Source: an uncultured Candidatus Poseidoniales archaeon (GTDB lineage Archaea > Thermoplasmatota > Poseidoniia > Poseidoniales > Poseidoniaceae). Taken from it: a stretch of DNA of 64,000 nucleotides. The number at the start of each line of letters is the position of its first letter. The stretch's first letter is position 1. The position numbers and the translations under genes were made by a program. Location of the stretch: contig CAXHEV010000003.1 in NCBI GenBank assembly GCA_964015875.1, positions 22,947 through 86,946 of the forward strand, read 5' to 3'. Below are positions 1-9,900 of this stretch, one piece after another. The notes under the pieces were generated by a model, which saw only the letters and a list, made by a program, of their open reading frames with translations, searched no databases and was not told the DNA's origin.

Positions 1-283
1 CGGTAATGACCTCGTCGTCCAAGGCTGCAATCAGGGCGGTTTGGTAGGTTGTAACATCCCCCATTCTGTGACCGGAGTAATCTTCCTCTAGAGCGTCAAA
101 TGGATTTCGAACCTCGCCCCTAGCGACAGAAAGGCATTCGGCGGTATCGCTCGGACGAACACCAAGAGCGTCTGCTAGAACCCTCAAGATCTGAGCTTCG
201 TCATCAGTAATGATTTCATCACCCAACGCTTCATTCAGTGTTCGCAGGTAGAGGTAGAGTCCACGAGATGGTTCGAGTGCCAT
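1..283 (-). CDS. Partial ORF (N-terminus in window; C-terminus lies beyond position 1), hypothetical protein
   Basis: ATG at 281-283 on the minus strand opens a stop-free frame running to position 1 (MALEPSRGLYLYLRTLNEALGDEIITDDEAQILRVLADALG...). Absent from the ORF track only because it is truncated by the window edge. It is divergent from the RHH gene at 531. Confidence 0.3.
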   Translation of the reverse strand, partial: MALEPSRGLYLYLRTLNEALGDEIITDDEAQILRVLADALGVRPSDTAECLSVARGEVRNPFDALEEDYSGHRMGDVTTYQTALIAALDDEVIT

Positions 284-360
284 GAGCGGACCAGTCGGTT
301 GCGGTATTTAGAGACATATTGACGAATCTTGCGAGAATCTACAGTGTATACAAAAACCCC

Positions 361-370
361 GGCCCGGGCC
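361..370. promoter_or_regulatory. Perfect 10-bp palindrome GGCCCGGGCC in divergent intergenic region upstream of the RHH gene
   Basis: Read directly from the sequence. A second palindrome TGTATACA lies at 345-352. Confidence 0.3.
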
Positions 371-435
371 TTGTTCATCAAGACCTAGTAATCGCCTCTC
401 CTCTGGAAAGGCAACACTGCGAGCCTTTTTGCCAT

Positions 436-462
436 ATTACCTGTGTAATCGTTTGTATTACA
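436..462. promoter_or_regulatory. Iterated ATTAC/GTAAT half-sites (ATTAC-N4-GTAAT-N7-ATTACA): candidate RHH operator
   Basis: attacctgtgtaatcgtttgtattaca lies 70-95 nt upstream of the RHH start codon. Confidence 0.3.
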
Positions 463-530
463 AATTGTCATCAAAAAGAATATCTTTATGTACCCACCGT
501 GAGTAGGGCAGTATACAGGAGCCACCAACG

Positions 531-905
531 ATGACCGCACCAAGCAACCTCGTCTCACTCAGAATCACTGAGGAAGACATGATGCTGCTCGATGCCCGAA
601 TCGGCTTGGATGGTGCTCGAAACCGATCGGACGTCATTCGTCAGGCGATTCAACAATTCCTCAATGGCCAACCCCTCGTTCAAGGCATGGATTCCGTTAG
701 AATTCCACTCGGCCATGGCGACAAGCGAGCCCTAGGCCTGCTTTACGAGCTTCAAGGGACTACGCCAGAGATCGCAGCCCAAGAAGGGCTTTCACTTTAC
801 ATTGCAAACGCTGTCAAAGCGAATGCAGAACAGAACAAGCAACTCGAGGATTTGTTGGCAACTGCCAAGGAATCCACGATGCGACACGAAGAATACCACG
901 AGTGA
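531..905 (+). CDS. Ribbon-helix-helix (CopG/Arc/MetJ-like) DNA-binding protein with a ~80 aa C-terminal domain
   Basis: The N-terminal segment LVSLRITEEDMMLLDARIGLDGARNRSDVIRQAIQQFL has the beta-strand + two-helix pattern of RHH regulators. A GGAG sits about 8 nt upstream of the ATG (caggagccaccaacgATG). An AT-rich TATA-like stretch (tttatgta) lies about 40 nt upstream. Confidence 0.6.
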   Translation: MTAPSNLVSLRITEEDMMLLDARIGLDGARNRSDVIRQAIQQFLNGQPLVQGMDSVRIPLGHGDKRALGLLYELQGTTPEIAAQEGLSLYIANAVKANAEQNKQLEDLLATAKESTMRHEEYHE

Positions 906-1139
906 GTGGGTGAGAGTGCTGGAGGGGATGGAATGAATTGGCAAAACGAAACGGATGAAACTCGTGGCGCCACCTTCAATGCTGTACAGGAAAAGTCCAA
1001 CCTGTATGGATTAGCCGCTTTGTGTCTGCGTGCCCGTCTTGCACGCGCTGGACAAAACAACCCAACACACCTCCCCCCGAAAGACGGGCGGGGGGACTTT
1101 GATTCCACACGACCAGCAAGCTGAGTCCGTGGTTCCCCC

Positions 1140-1168
1140 GTGCCCAGGCCCCCCACGATCCTGGGCAC
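1140..1168. other. 9-bp stem / 11-nt loop GC-rich hairpin (GTGCCCAGG ... CCTGGGCAC) 70 nt upstream of xpd
   Basis: Read directly. Further hairpins at 1028-1046 (GCGTGC/GCACGC), 1073-1095 (CCCCCCG/CGGGGGG) and ~1185-1208. Confidence 0.35.
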
Positions 1169-1238
1169 AATGACGCTCATCAGTGCAGCCGCTGGCTGTT
1201 GCACCTCCCCAATCCTTTAGAGGGGTCGACTGTGAAGG

Positions 1239-3356
1239 GTGATTATGACAACGGGGGCAGAACTCAGTTCTGGTGATGACTTCCCCTACTTGGCCCATCC
1301 AAAACCTCGACCGGGCCAAATCGAAATGATTCATGAGTCAAGAGAAGCCCTTCGAAATGGAGGCTATCACCTTGCTGCTGCACCGACTGGTATTGGTAAA
1401 ACTGCTGCTGCATTGGCGGCTGCATTAGAGATTGCAGAGAAAACCCCCGGTCAGAAAACCATCTTTTTCCTTACTTCACGTCAATCACAGCATCGCATTG
1501 TCGTAGATACTGTTCGCAGGATTAACCAGCGGAGAGTCGACCACGATCCGGTAACGCTGGTCGATATGATTGGCCAATCAGGCATGTGCGTTCAGCCGTT
1601 TGCCAAAGAGTCATCACATGTGTTTTCGATGATGTGCAGCACTGCCCGTCGTGAGAAAACGTGCAAACCATGGATCACCAAAGCACCTGGTTTGACAAAG
1701 CGAATCTTAGCCAGTCCGTTGCATGTTGATGAGTTGGTAGATCTAGCGAAGATTCACAGAGTGGACGGCGAAATCACCCAAACCTGCCCGTGGAAGGCGG
1801 CTCGTGAGGCGGCAAACCATGCCGATGTTTTTGTTGGCGATTACAACCACCTTTTCGATGAGGGCGTGCGAACATCGAGTCTTGAAGCGATGGGTATCTC
1901 CATGGAGGACATCATCCTCGTGGTTGATGAAGCTCACAATCTACCCGATCGAATACGCATGACGATGGAACGTGTCATCACCCCAACCATAGCAAGAAAC
2001 GCCACATTGGAACTGGAAGAATATGTTGGAACATTGACCAACCTCTACCAGCAAAATGGGGCCGATTCGACAGCAATCGAACTCGACATGGCCACGTGGG
2101 CCCTCGAAGTGATGAAAATTGCAAGGATAAAAACAGCGGACTTATTTCGTCGCTTGCACAATGAATTAACTGGAGACCAGAATGAGAGCCATGTTGAGGT
2201 CTCCACCTTCACAGAAATTTTCCATCGTGCATGCGATGAGTATGAAGGGATTTCAGGTCAGAGAACACTCACGGATAGTGAAGAAGAACCCCCTTTTGAG
2301 AAGCATGGAGTCAAGCGTGAACATCGCCTTCCACTGCTCGCAGATTTGTTGAGCCGGTGCGACATCGATCTTGATGCTGGAGAGGGTGAAGACCCTATGG
2401 AGCCTGACTCTCACCGCTTAGGTCATATCTTGAGTTGCGTCAATGAATTTGGTTCAACAACTGCTCTTTGTTTGGTGTTCAGCGCCAAAGGTAAGGAAGG
2501 TAAAATCACCTCACACCTCCTTGACCCTGGTTTAGTTTCAGGGCCAGTCTTTTCATCCACCTCTGGAGCAATTCTGATGTCGGGTACGCTTTATCCACCA
2601 CAAATGTATGCAGACATGTTGGCCCTACCGAAGGAGAACACCACGAAAACAGCCTATGCCTCGCCGTTCGCTGGTGAACGCCGGCCAGTCCTTGTCGCAG
2701 GAGATGTTTCGACCAAATACACTCAACGCTCACCTGCAATGTGGGATAAGATTCGAGCTCATATTCAAGCCCTTATCGATGGGACTCCGGGTCACATTGC
2801 CGTTTTCGCTCCCTCGTACAAAATGATGCAGGAAATTGTCGAAAACACTCATTTCAAAGGCGTACGCAAGGTGATTGAAAGCAGGGATTGGAGTAAGAGT
2901 GACATTGATGCACTCGTTGAACAACTACGTGGTGAGCGTGATGCTGGTCAGCGAATCTTGCTCTGTGGAGTCTACGGTGCTCGCTTGTCCGAGGGGATTG
3001 ATTACAACGGAGGTATCTTGGATGCTGTGGCATGTATCGGCATCCCGAATGCACCACCATCGGTTCGTTCCAACGCTTTGAAAAAATACGCTGGTGATCG
3101 ATTTGGAGCCAACAATGCATGGCGATATACGGTCACCCAACCAGCCATCAACGCTATTCTTCAGGCTATGGGCCGACCGATTCGATCAATTGGTGACCGA
3201 GCACTGATCCTCTTGCTCGACCAACGGCACACAGATCGGACCTATGCCACCTGTTATCCTAAAGACTTGAGAATGAATTCAACTAATGCACCAACCACCA
3301 CTGCAAGTTTTGCTCGACGCTTCTTTTCACGAGTTCACACCATTGATGAAGTGTAG
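1239..3356 (+). CDS. xpd: XPD/Rad3-family 5'-3' DNA helicase (DinG/XPD, FeS-cluster helicase)
   Basis: Walker A AAPTGIGKT is present. The DEAH box appears as VVDEAHNLPD. A four-Cys FeS-domain pattern (C..C..C..C between helicase motifs I and II: CVQPF...MMCST...KTCKPW...TCPW) is present. Length of ~700 aa fits archaeal XPD. Confidence 0.9.
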   Translation: MIMTTGAELSSGDDFPYLAHPKPRPGQIEMIHESREALRNGGYHLAAAPTGIGKTAAALAAALEIAEKTPGQKTIFFLTSRQSQHRIVVDTVRRINQRRVDHDPVTLVDMIGQSGMCVQPFAKESSHVFSMMCSTARREKTCKPWITKAPGLTKRILASPLHVDELVDLAKIHRVDGEITQTCPWKAAREAANHADVFVGDYNHLFDEGVRTSSLEAMGISMEDIILVVDEAHNLPDRIRMTMERVITPTIARNATLELEEYVGTLTNLYQQNGADSTAIELDMATWALEVMKIARIKTADLFRRLHNELTGDQNESHVEVSTFTEIFHRACDEYEGISGQRTLTDSEEEPPFEKHGVKREHRLPLLADLLSRCDIDLDAGEGEDPMEPDSHRLGHILSCVNEFGSTTALCLVFSAKGKEGKITSHLLDPGLVSGPVFSSTSGAILMSGTLYPPQMYADMLALPKENTTKTAYASPFAGERRPVLVAGDVSTKYTQRSPAMWDKIRAHIQALIDGTPGHIAVFAPSYKMMQEIVENTHFKGVRKVIESRDWSKSDIDALVEQLRGERDAGQRILLCGVYGARLSEGIDYNGGILDAVACIGIPNAPPSVRSNALKKYAGDRFGANNAWRYTVTQPAINAILQAMGRPIRSIGDRALILLLDQRHTDRTYATCYPKDLRMNSTNAPTTTASFARRFFSRVHTIDEV

Positions 3357-3387
3357 ACATTGTTCATCACGAGGAGGACGAAGGTTC

Positions 3388-3888
3388 ATGGAGGCCGCAC
3401 ATTACCCACACCGCATGGCAACATGGGAATCCCTACCAGTCGGCACTGACCACACGCAGGTAACTCCCGGTGAAATCGACGCACAGGGCGTGATTGGATT
3501 GACCGCAGAGGTCGAGCAGCTTCATGCAGAATTCCATCAACAAGCTAACCATCTCAACGAAGTTCAATCAATGCACGAAGAGGTATTGGTTTCCGCTGGC
3601 ATGCTCCCAGAAACTCACATGGCAGAAGTTCACCCTGATCGACAACTCAAGTGGATGGTTGAAGCGCTTCATGGCAAAGTCAATCCAGATGGATTGACCA
3701 TTCCTTTGCTTGGAGTCTCGGCCGAAGATGTCGCTCTGTTTACAAAAAAAGACGGCGAGCGGACCATGCTCAAACTTGTCGTTCAAGATGGAGACAATGA
3801 ACCACTTGAGCGTGAAATGCCTCTTCCTGAGGCTGACACAGAAGTCAGTGCCAACTACATCAACGGGCGGTTGCACCTTCGCTGGTGA
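3388..3888 (+). CDS. Hypothetical protein (~166 aa)
   Basis: The ORF track gives 3286..3888 with 70 nt overlap on the XPD 3' end. An internal ATG at 3388 is preceded by gaggaggacgaagg (GGAGG about 9 nt upstream), so the shorter form is preferred. No recognisable motifs; acidic. Confidence 0.45.
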   Translation: MEAAHYPHRMATWESLPVGTDHTQVTPGEIDAQGVIGLTAEVEQLHAEFHQQANHLNEVQSMHEEVLVSAGMLPETHMAEVHPDRQLKWMVEALHGKVNPDGLTIPLLGVSAEDVALFTKKDGERTMLKLVVQDGDNEPLEREMPLPEADTEVSANYINGRLHLRW

Positions 3889-3912
3889 GCCCTTCCGGCA
3901 ATGCGTTGTTCA

Positions 3913-6900
3913 TCAACGGACAGGGACCTTGGTAAGTCCTGAAATCTCCTGACCCATTCGCTCCAATGCTTGCTGTGCAGCGGCTTGGTGTTGGGTTCCA
4001 AGTTCTTCTCGACTGTACCGTGCTTGCTCAAACATATTGTCGAGGGCGACCAGCGCATCTTCTGAAATCTGCGGCATTGCTTGACGAATAGCCATTTCGA
4101 ATTCTCGAACCGTCTCGAAATCACGGCGTAGGAATCCGTGCTGTTGGAAGGCAGTGCAAAGGTTCTGGTAGCAAGTGAAGATGGCTTCACGAACTGAATC
4201 ACCTGCTGCAAGCAACTCTGCAGTGTAGGCAAAGATTTCTGCGGCTTCTTCCATCAGTTCCTGAGTCTTACGGCGACGGTAGAGCACTGTTCCAGCTGCA
4301 GCGGCAGCGGCGATCAAGAGCGCTAAGACATACACCCATGTTGGAACTGGCTCGGACACCTCTTCGTAATTGTACAATGGCGCCCATGGCGATTCTTCTG
4401 CCCTCGCATTGAATGCGGTTTTGCTTTGTTCGGAAAGACGTGGATCGTCAACGATGATTTCGAGGTAGACTTCACCCCATGTGCTCGCTTCCCCGTAAGG
4501 GGGGTCCGAGTTGAATTCGAATGATGCGACACCGTTTTCATCGGTGAGAGGTTGTTTTGGCGTCGATAGCTGAACACCACTTGCGTTGTAGAGGTAAATA
4601 GTGACCTTAACATCGGAGACACCTAGATTAGTATCCAAAGCAGTGATGACAACATTGCCAGCAATGTCTTCTTGTTCCCCTTCGATGACGGTATTGATTG
4701 AAGGTACAATATCTGCATTCACTTTGACATAGATCAAGTGACTTTCAGAAGCACCATTGAGGTACAAGACATCGTTTCTAGGTGAATCAATATGGAGGTA
4801 TTGACCTCCTGCATTCATCCACGCCGGGGCGATGCCATTCATCGAGAAGTTGCCGTTATTCCAAGCAATCTGAATGTTCTCAAGGCACCGGGCCCCTTCG
4901 CGCTTTGACACACAATCGGAACCGTTTCCAAGATAGAGTGTGAGGTTGTTGAAGACTTCACCTTGGCCTCCAATTTCAGAGACAGACCCTGTCAGGACAA
5001 TTGGTGAAAAGACGTCATCGCTACGAATCACAATGTTTTCTGATGTTCCATCGATGGTGATCTTGGTGTTGGACCAAACGAGTGCTGTTGCACTTGTCGA
5101 TGCTTCGAGGTGGGCGCTTGTCCCAGCAAAGGCTACGGTGAAGGTATGCTCGCCTCGAGTGAGTTCCATGGTCGCTGGTACAATTGCAGACCATGTTCCA
5201 TCAGCAAGAGTGACTGATGTTGCAACTTCCACATCATCCAAACGGATGCTGACCAGCATCGATGGCAAACCATCGTTGTTCACGGTATCAATATCGAAAA
5301 GTCGCCCGGACAGCGACCATGTGTCGCCACGTGTAGCGTCCCTGCCATCGTCGAAAATCAGCGTGATGTCTGAGCGATGGGCGAGGAAGAAGGTGGTGTT
5401 TCCTGCGTTTGAGCGATAGAAACCTTGTGCATCCGCACGCGCTTCTAAGGTATGGTTTCCGAACGAGAAAATGTCTGGGACGTACCAATCGAAGGTGAAA
5501 TCTCCGTTGGCGTCTGTAAGAACGCTCGCCAGCAACACACCTTCAACCGATAGGTCCACTGTGTGGCCTTCAATTCCCAACAATTGGTTATCGACAACCG
5601 ACCCTGAGATGGTGATGTTCTCTGCCACAGCGACTGGACTTTCCATGCTTACAGTCACCTGAACAGGGCTATAAATTGTCCATGTCCCACTTGCCTCACT
5701 TGGCAGGTAGAAGGTGGTGCCCGTGAACCGAGTTTCTAGAAGCAGCGGTCCGAGTGTAGCATCAGATGGTACCGGATAAATGGCAGTGAACGTACCGTTC
5801 GCATCGGTGGTGACATTGGTCATCCATTCGCCACCTAGCCAGACCTCAATCGTGAGACCTGGCAATGGCTCGTCAACCAAATCAAGGAGACGCCCCTGAA
5901 TGGTCATCGTTGCTTCTCGATTCACTTCGCCACCTGGGGTGAGAAGCAGAATCTTGGTTGGAACACTAACGTTGAAGTTTACTTGGTCGCTGCTTGGTAG
6001 GTAGTAATCTGGATTGATCAAATCACCTACACCGATTGGGTCGACCCAATCTCGACCTCCGAGGAAGCGGACTTCGATCAGGTGAGCACCTGCTGTAGTA
6101 TCTTCAGGCAAGGTCCACCCGAGAGTGAATGCCCCTGTTTGTGCATCGGTTTCAATGCTCGAGACTGGCACACCATCAACGAGCAAGTGCACAACTGCCA
6201 ACGACGGCACGCCGTTGATGAACAGTGGTTGACCAAGGTCGTCCATTAGCGTTCCATTGACCACAAACGCATCGCCTGCTGTGAGCGTTGTTGGTGCTTC
6301 TGTGATGCTGAGGTTTGTTTGACCGAGCACAACGAATTGTGTGGTTTCATTCGATCCAACCAGACCAGTTGTACCAGGTGTTCCTGCAAATTCCACATAG
6401 AGGTCTGTGGGTCCTACGCTGAGGTTTTCTGGAACCGAGATGCTGCCAATGGCCGTACCGTTAGCAAAGGTCGTGAACGACGAGAGAGCCAAACCTGGCA
6501 AACCGACCAAGACTTGTTGGTTTCCAACTGCTGTATCGGTGTTGTCCCTCAGTAGAATCTGGAATGAGACATTGTTGCCTCGTTCTGTTCGATCGTTCAG
6601 AGATGGATCTCCGATGCCGTCCAGGGCTGGTTTGATGAACAGCAGGGTAGTGAATCCTCGGCTGTCGAATGTCGTATTGGCTTCAGAACCAATGTAATAA
6701 TTGACGCCTGGGATAAATGAGGCTTCGATTCTGTTGGTGCCTGCTGGGAAAGCCGCACCAAGAGTGATTGTTGCGCTCCACAAACCACCTGTTTGGACAG
6801 TACCACCGCTAACGGTGAATCCTACTGGTTGATCGTTAACTGCGAACAGAATGTTCGCTGGGAGTAGACTTCCGTCACGTAGTTCGAGTCCGGATCCGTT

Positions 6901-9900
6901 GTCGCTCTGTACCGTACCTGTGACGTTAAACGAAGTTCCCGCTACGGGGTTGGCCGTAATCGTATCGACGACCAAGATTGTTGTCGAGCGGATGGTAATC
7001 GAAGAGAGATTCACGTTGGTAGCAAGAAGATCGACGCTACCGTTGAAGACCATGGTTACGGTGATCAACCCGAGAGGGTGGGTCGTCGGCACCAAATAAC
7101 TGAAGTTGGCAAAGCCCTCACCATCAGTTTGTGTTCCTGGTAGCCAACTTTCGTGGAACTCAATGTCCACGTCGTAGCCTCCAAGAGGCAAGAACAAGTT
7201 AGACGATTCAACCAATCGGGCGCTGATGTTGACTTCATCGCCACGGTTGACAAGGATTGGGTTCAGTGGTTGAATGTTCTCAAAGCGTGAGACACCCATG
7301 ACCAACATACCGTTTTGTGTGCTTGCTGTAAGATAGAATGGTGATGATCCCTCAATCACTGATATTACCAATACTTTGTTTCCACGTAGGGTTCCGTTTC
7401 CAGAGGTGTCTGTCGGGATGCTCATGTTGAATGTACCATTGACTGCCGTCTGGTAGCTGCCGACGAGCAGTTCATCCGGATTGCTGAGCCAGAATGCGCT
7501 TAGTTCAACAGGTGCGATCAATGGACGTGTTGCATCATCTCCATCCAGAACTTGACCGAGAACATTGAAGTTGAGCCCAGCAGTCACAGTCGTTGGTATG
7601 CTATCAATTCTGAAATTGCTCGGCACTTGTACGGTCAAGTTCACCAAGGTTGAGTTACCGGTGCGTCGAGTATTACCAACAGCAAGTGGATCGCTGAGGT
7701 CGTCATAGACAATCATCAGTACGTCATAGTAGCCAGGCGCGATTCCCGAAGCAGTCCAACCGGTGCTGGCGAATCCTGCTTCGTCTGAAATTGCAGTTCC
7801 AACAGATACATTCGTTCTGCCATAGTCAAAGATGAATTCAACCGTTGCATCACTAATGTTCGAATCATCTGCAACATCGGTCACAGTGACATTGAAATCA
7901 AGCGAACCGTTGACTTCGACGAGCAGATTTCGTTGACCAGTATCAACCACGAACTCTGATTCAAAGCCGACCAAAGTCGATGGAAGCGTTGGCGTTGCGG
8001 GTGGAACTGTGGTGTCGACAAATCGGTAGTATGGTCCGCCGACAGGCGCCTGATTTTCGAAATCCATGTTGAGAATGAACTCATATGCGTTTGATGGGCT
8101 TGTGGTTGGTACGGTGAAACTGAGGTTGTATTCACTCGTTGTGTTGTTGAGTAGGCCTTGTGCCAAATCAATAGGTTGACCTTCAATGGTCGTCATGATC
8201 AGCGAAAGCATGGTGATGTTATCGCCAAGCACCTTTCGATTGGTGTGAACTGCATCGAAGATGTCACCAAAGATGTAGGTAGAATTGCCCAAATGGGTCC
8301 AATCCTGAGCCAGCGTAATGTTCCAACCGACTTCTGCAGCCACACGTACCGAGGTCACACCAACCGATGGTTGGTACAAGTCTGAACCATTGTAAGAGAT
8401 GTCGAGTTGGTAATCACCAGCGTACATGTCAGAATCGAGCAACCAATTCAACGTGATGGTTTCACTTTCAGGGTCGACTGTCGTGTTGACCCATGAACCA
8501 TTGAAGGAGAAATCAAAGTTTCCGGAGGCGAGCAAATCGGTGTCCACGCCTCGGTGATCGACCATCGAAACGAGAACAACTGCTTCTGTATTCCTGAGTT
8601 GTGAAACCGATTGAGAGGTGAATTGCAACCAACCTCGCAAGAGGTAAGGTGCACCAGCGGACATGTTTGCATCGTCGGTAGCTTCAATCGAATCTGGATA
8701 GAAGCGAACTTGAAGTTCAATTTCACCGGCCGCAATCTGTGCAACACCCGCAGTCAAGAAGTGTTGAACCGAGAAGGTCCCGTTGACGGTCTGGTTGAAC
8801 ACTTCAATCCAATCAGTACCGCTACCAACTGAGCGCATTGAGAAGGAAAGGTTGCCGAGCATGGCAACTGGGTTCGCCCCAGATGTCAATGCAGACCCGT
8901 TCACCCAAATATTGTCGTCGATTTGAATGATGCTCTTGTTGGCAAGTGGACCCTCAAGCGTTGCAGTAAGGGTTGGCGCATCGCGAATATCCAAGAGAAT
9001 CGATTTGGTTGTTGGTCGCAAGTGGAACTGGACGGGTGTGATGCTTGGTTCCGAGGCATCTTGCCAACCTGAGAAACCAAGGGTAGCAGAGAGGTTTGTT
9101 TGCGTTTCCAGTGGGTCAAGTTCAACTTCAATGCTCCACGAACCATCGAAGCCAACGGCTGATGTGAGGTTGACTGAACCATTGATTGAGGAAGTGAAGC
9201 TTAGCCAGACTTCCGGAACAGAATCACTGCTTGCTATGGATGAGAACACATTGGCCGGGGTGTTCTCGAGGGAGAGTTGTCCGGTCACGATGGTGGTTGC
9301 ACCAGCACCAACAATTGGTGCGTTAATGGCGTTTGGTCCGGTGTGATTGATGAGTGCATCATCGGTTACATTGACATAGCCATCGTAGATGATACCGTCT
9401 TCAGAAACATATCCTGATTGAATGTGTTTAATGACAACCCTGTGAATGCCCGGCGCACCAGGTTCAAGTGGAGCACCAATGAATTCGAATGTACCGTTTT
9501 GATCGGTGATGAGGGCACCAATTTCGTAGTTAGGGATGGCAGCAGGTCCTGGCACGCCACCAACTTCTGCAAGCGGAACGAGATAGCCAACCATCGGCAG
9601 ATCCGTAATAGGGGTGGAATTGGTTGCAAAGCGCAACTGACCTGTCACATTGATGGAAGATGCACCTTCTCGGTCCCAAACCAACGTAGAGATGGTTTGA
9701 TTGACAATTTCAATTTCCTCGGCAGCAGGGCACGCATCAAAAGCAATCCAGCCGAGGTCAGTGTTTCCATTGGCGCTGTTTTGTTGGAGGCGGACTTCAC
9801 CCCATGTTGTGCGATCTTGTGGGAACACGGCATAGCCGTCTCCATTCCAGGTTCCTCCGGCAAATCCACTCACATAGCGTGCTGGCAATCCAGCAAGCCT

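Noticed and set aside
319-534. 71-aa ORF overlapping the RHH promoter region
   Set aside because: It covers the palindromes and TATA-like elements, ends inside the RHH start region, and has no coding signature.
906-1238. RNase P RNA or SRP RNA in the structured region upstream of xpd
   Set aside because: Only a weak CR-I-like GGAAAAGUCC match was seen. The CR-IV/CR-V blocks and the SRP domain IV motif were not found. It is kept as a finding, not a feature.
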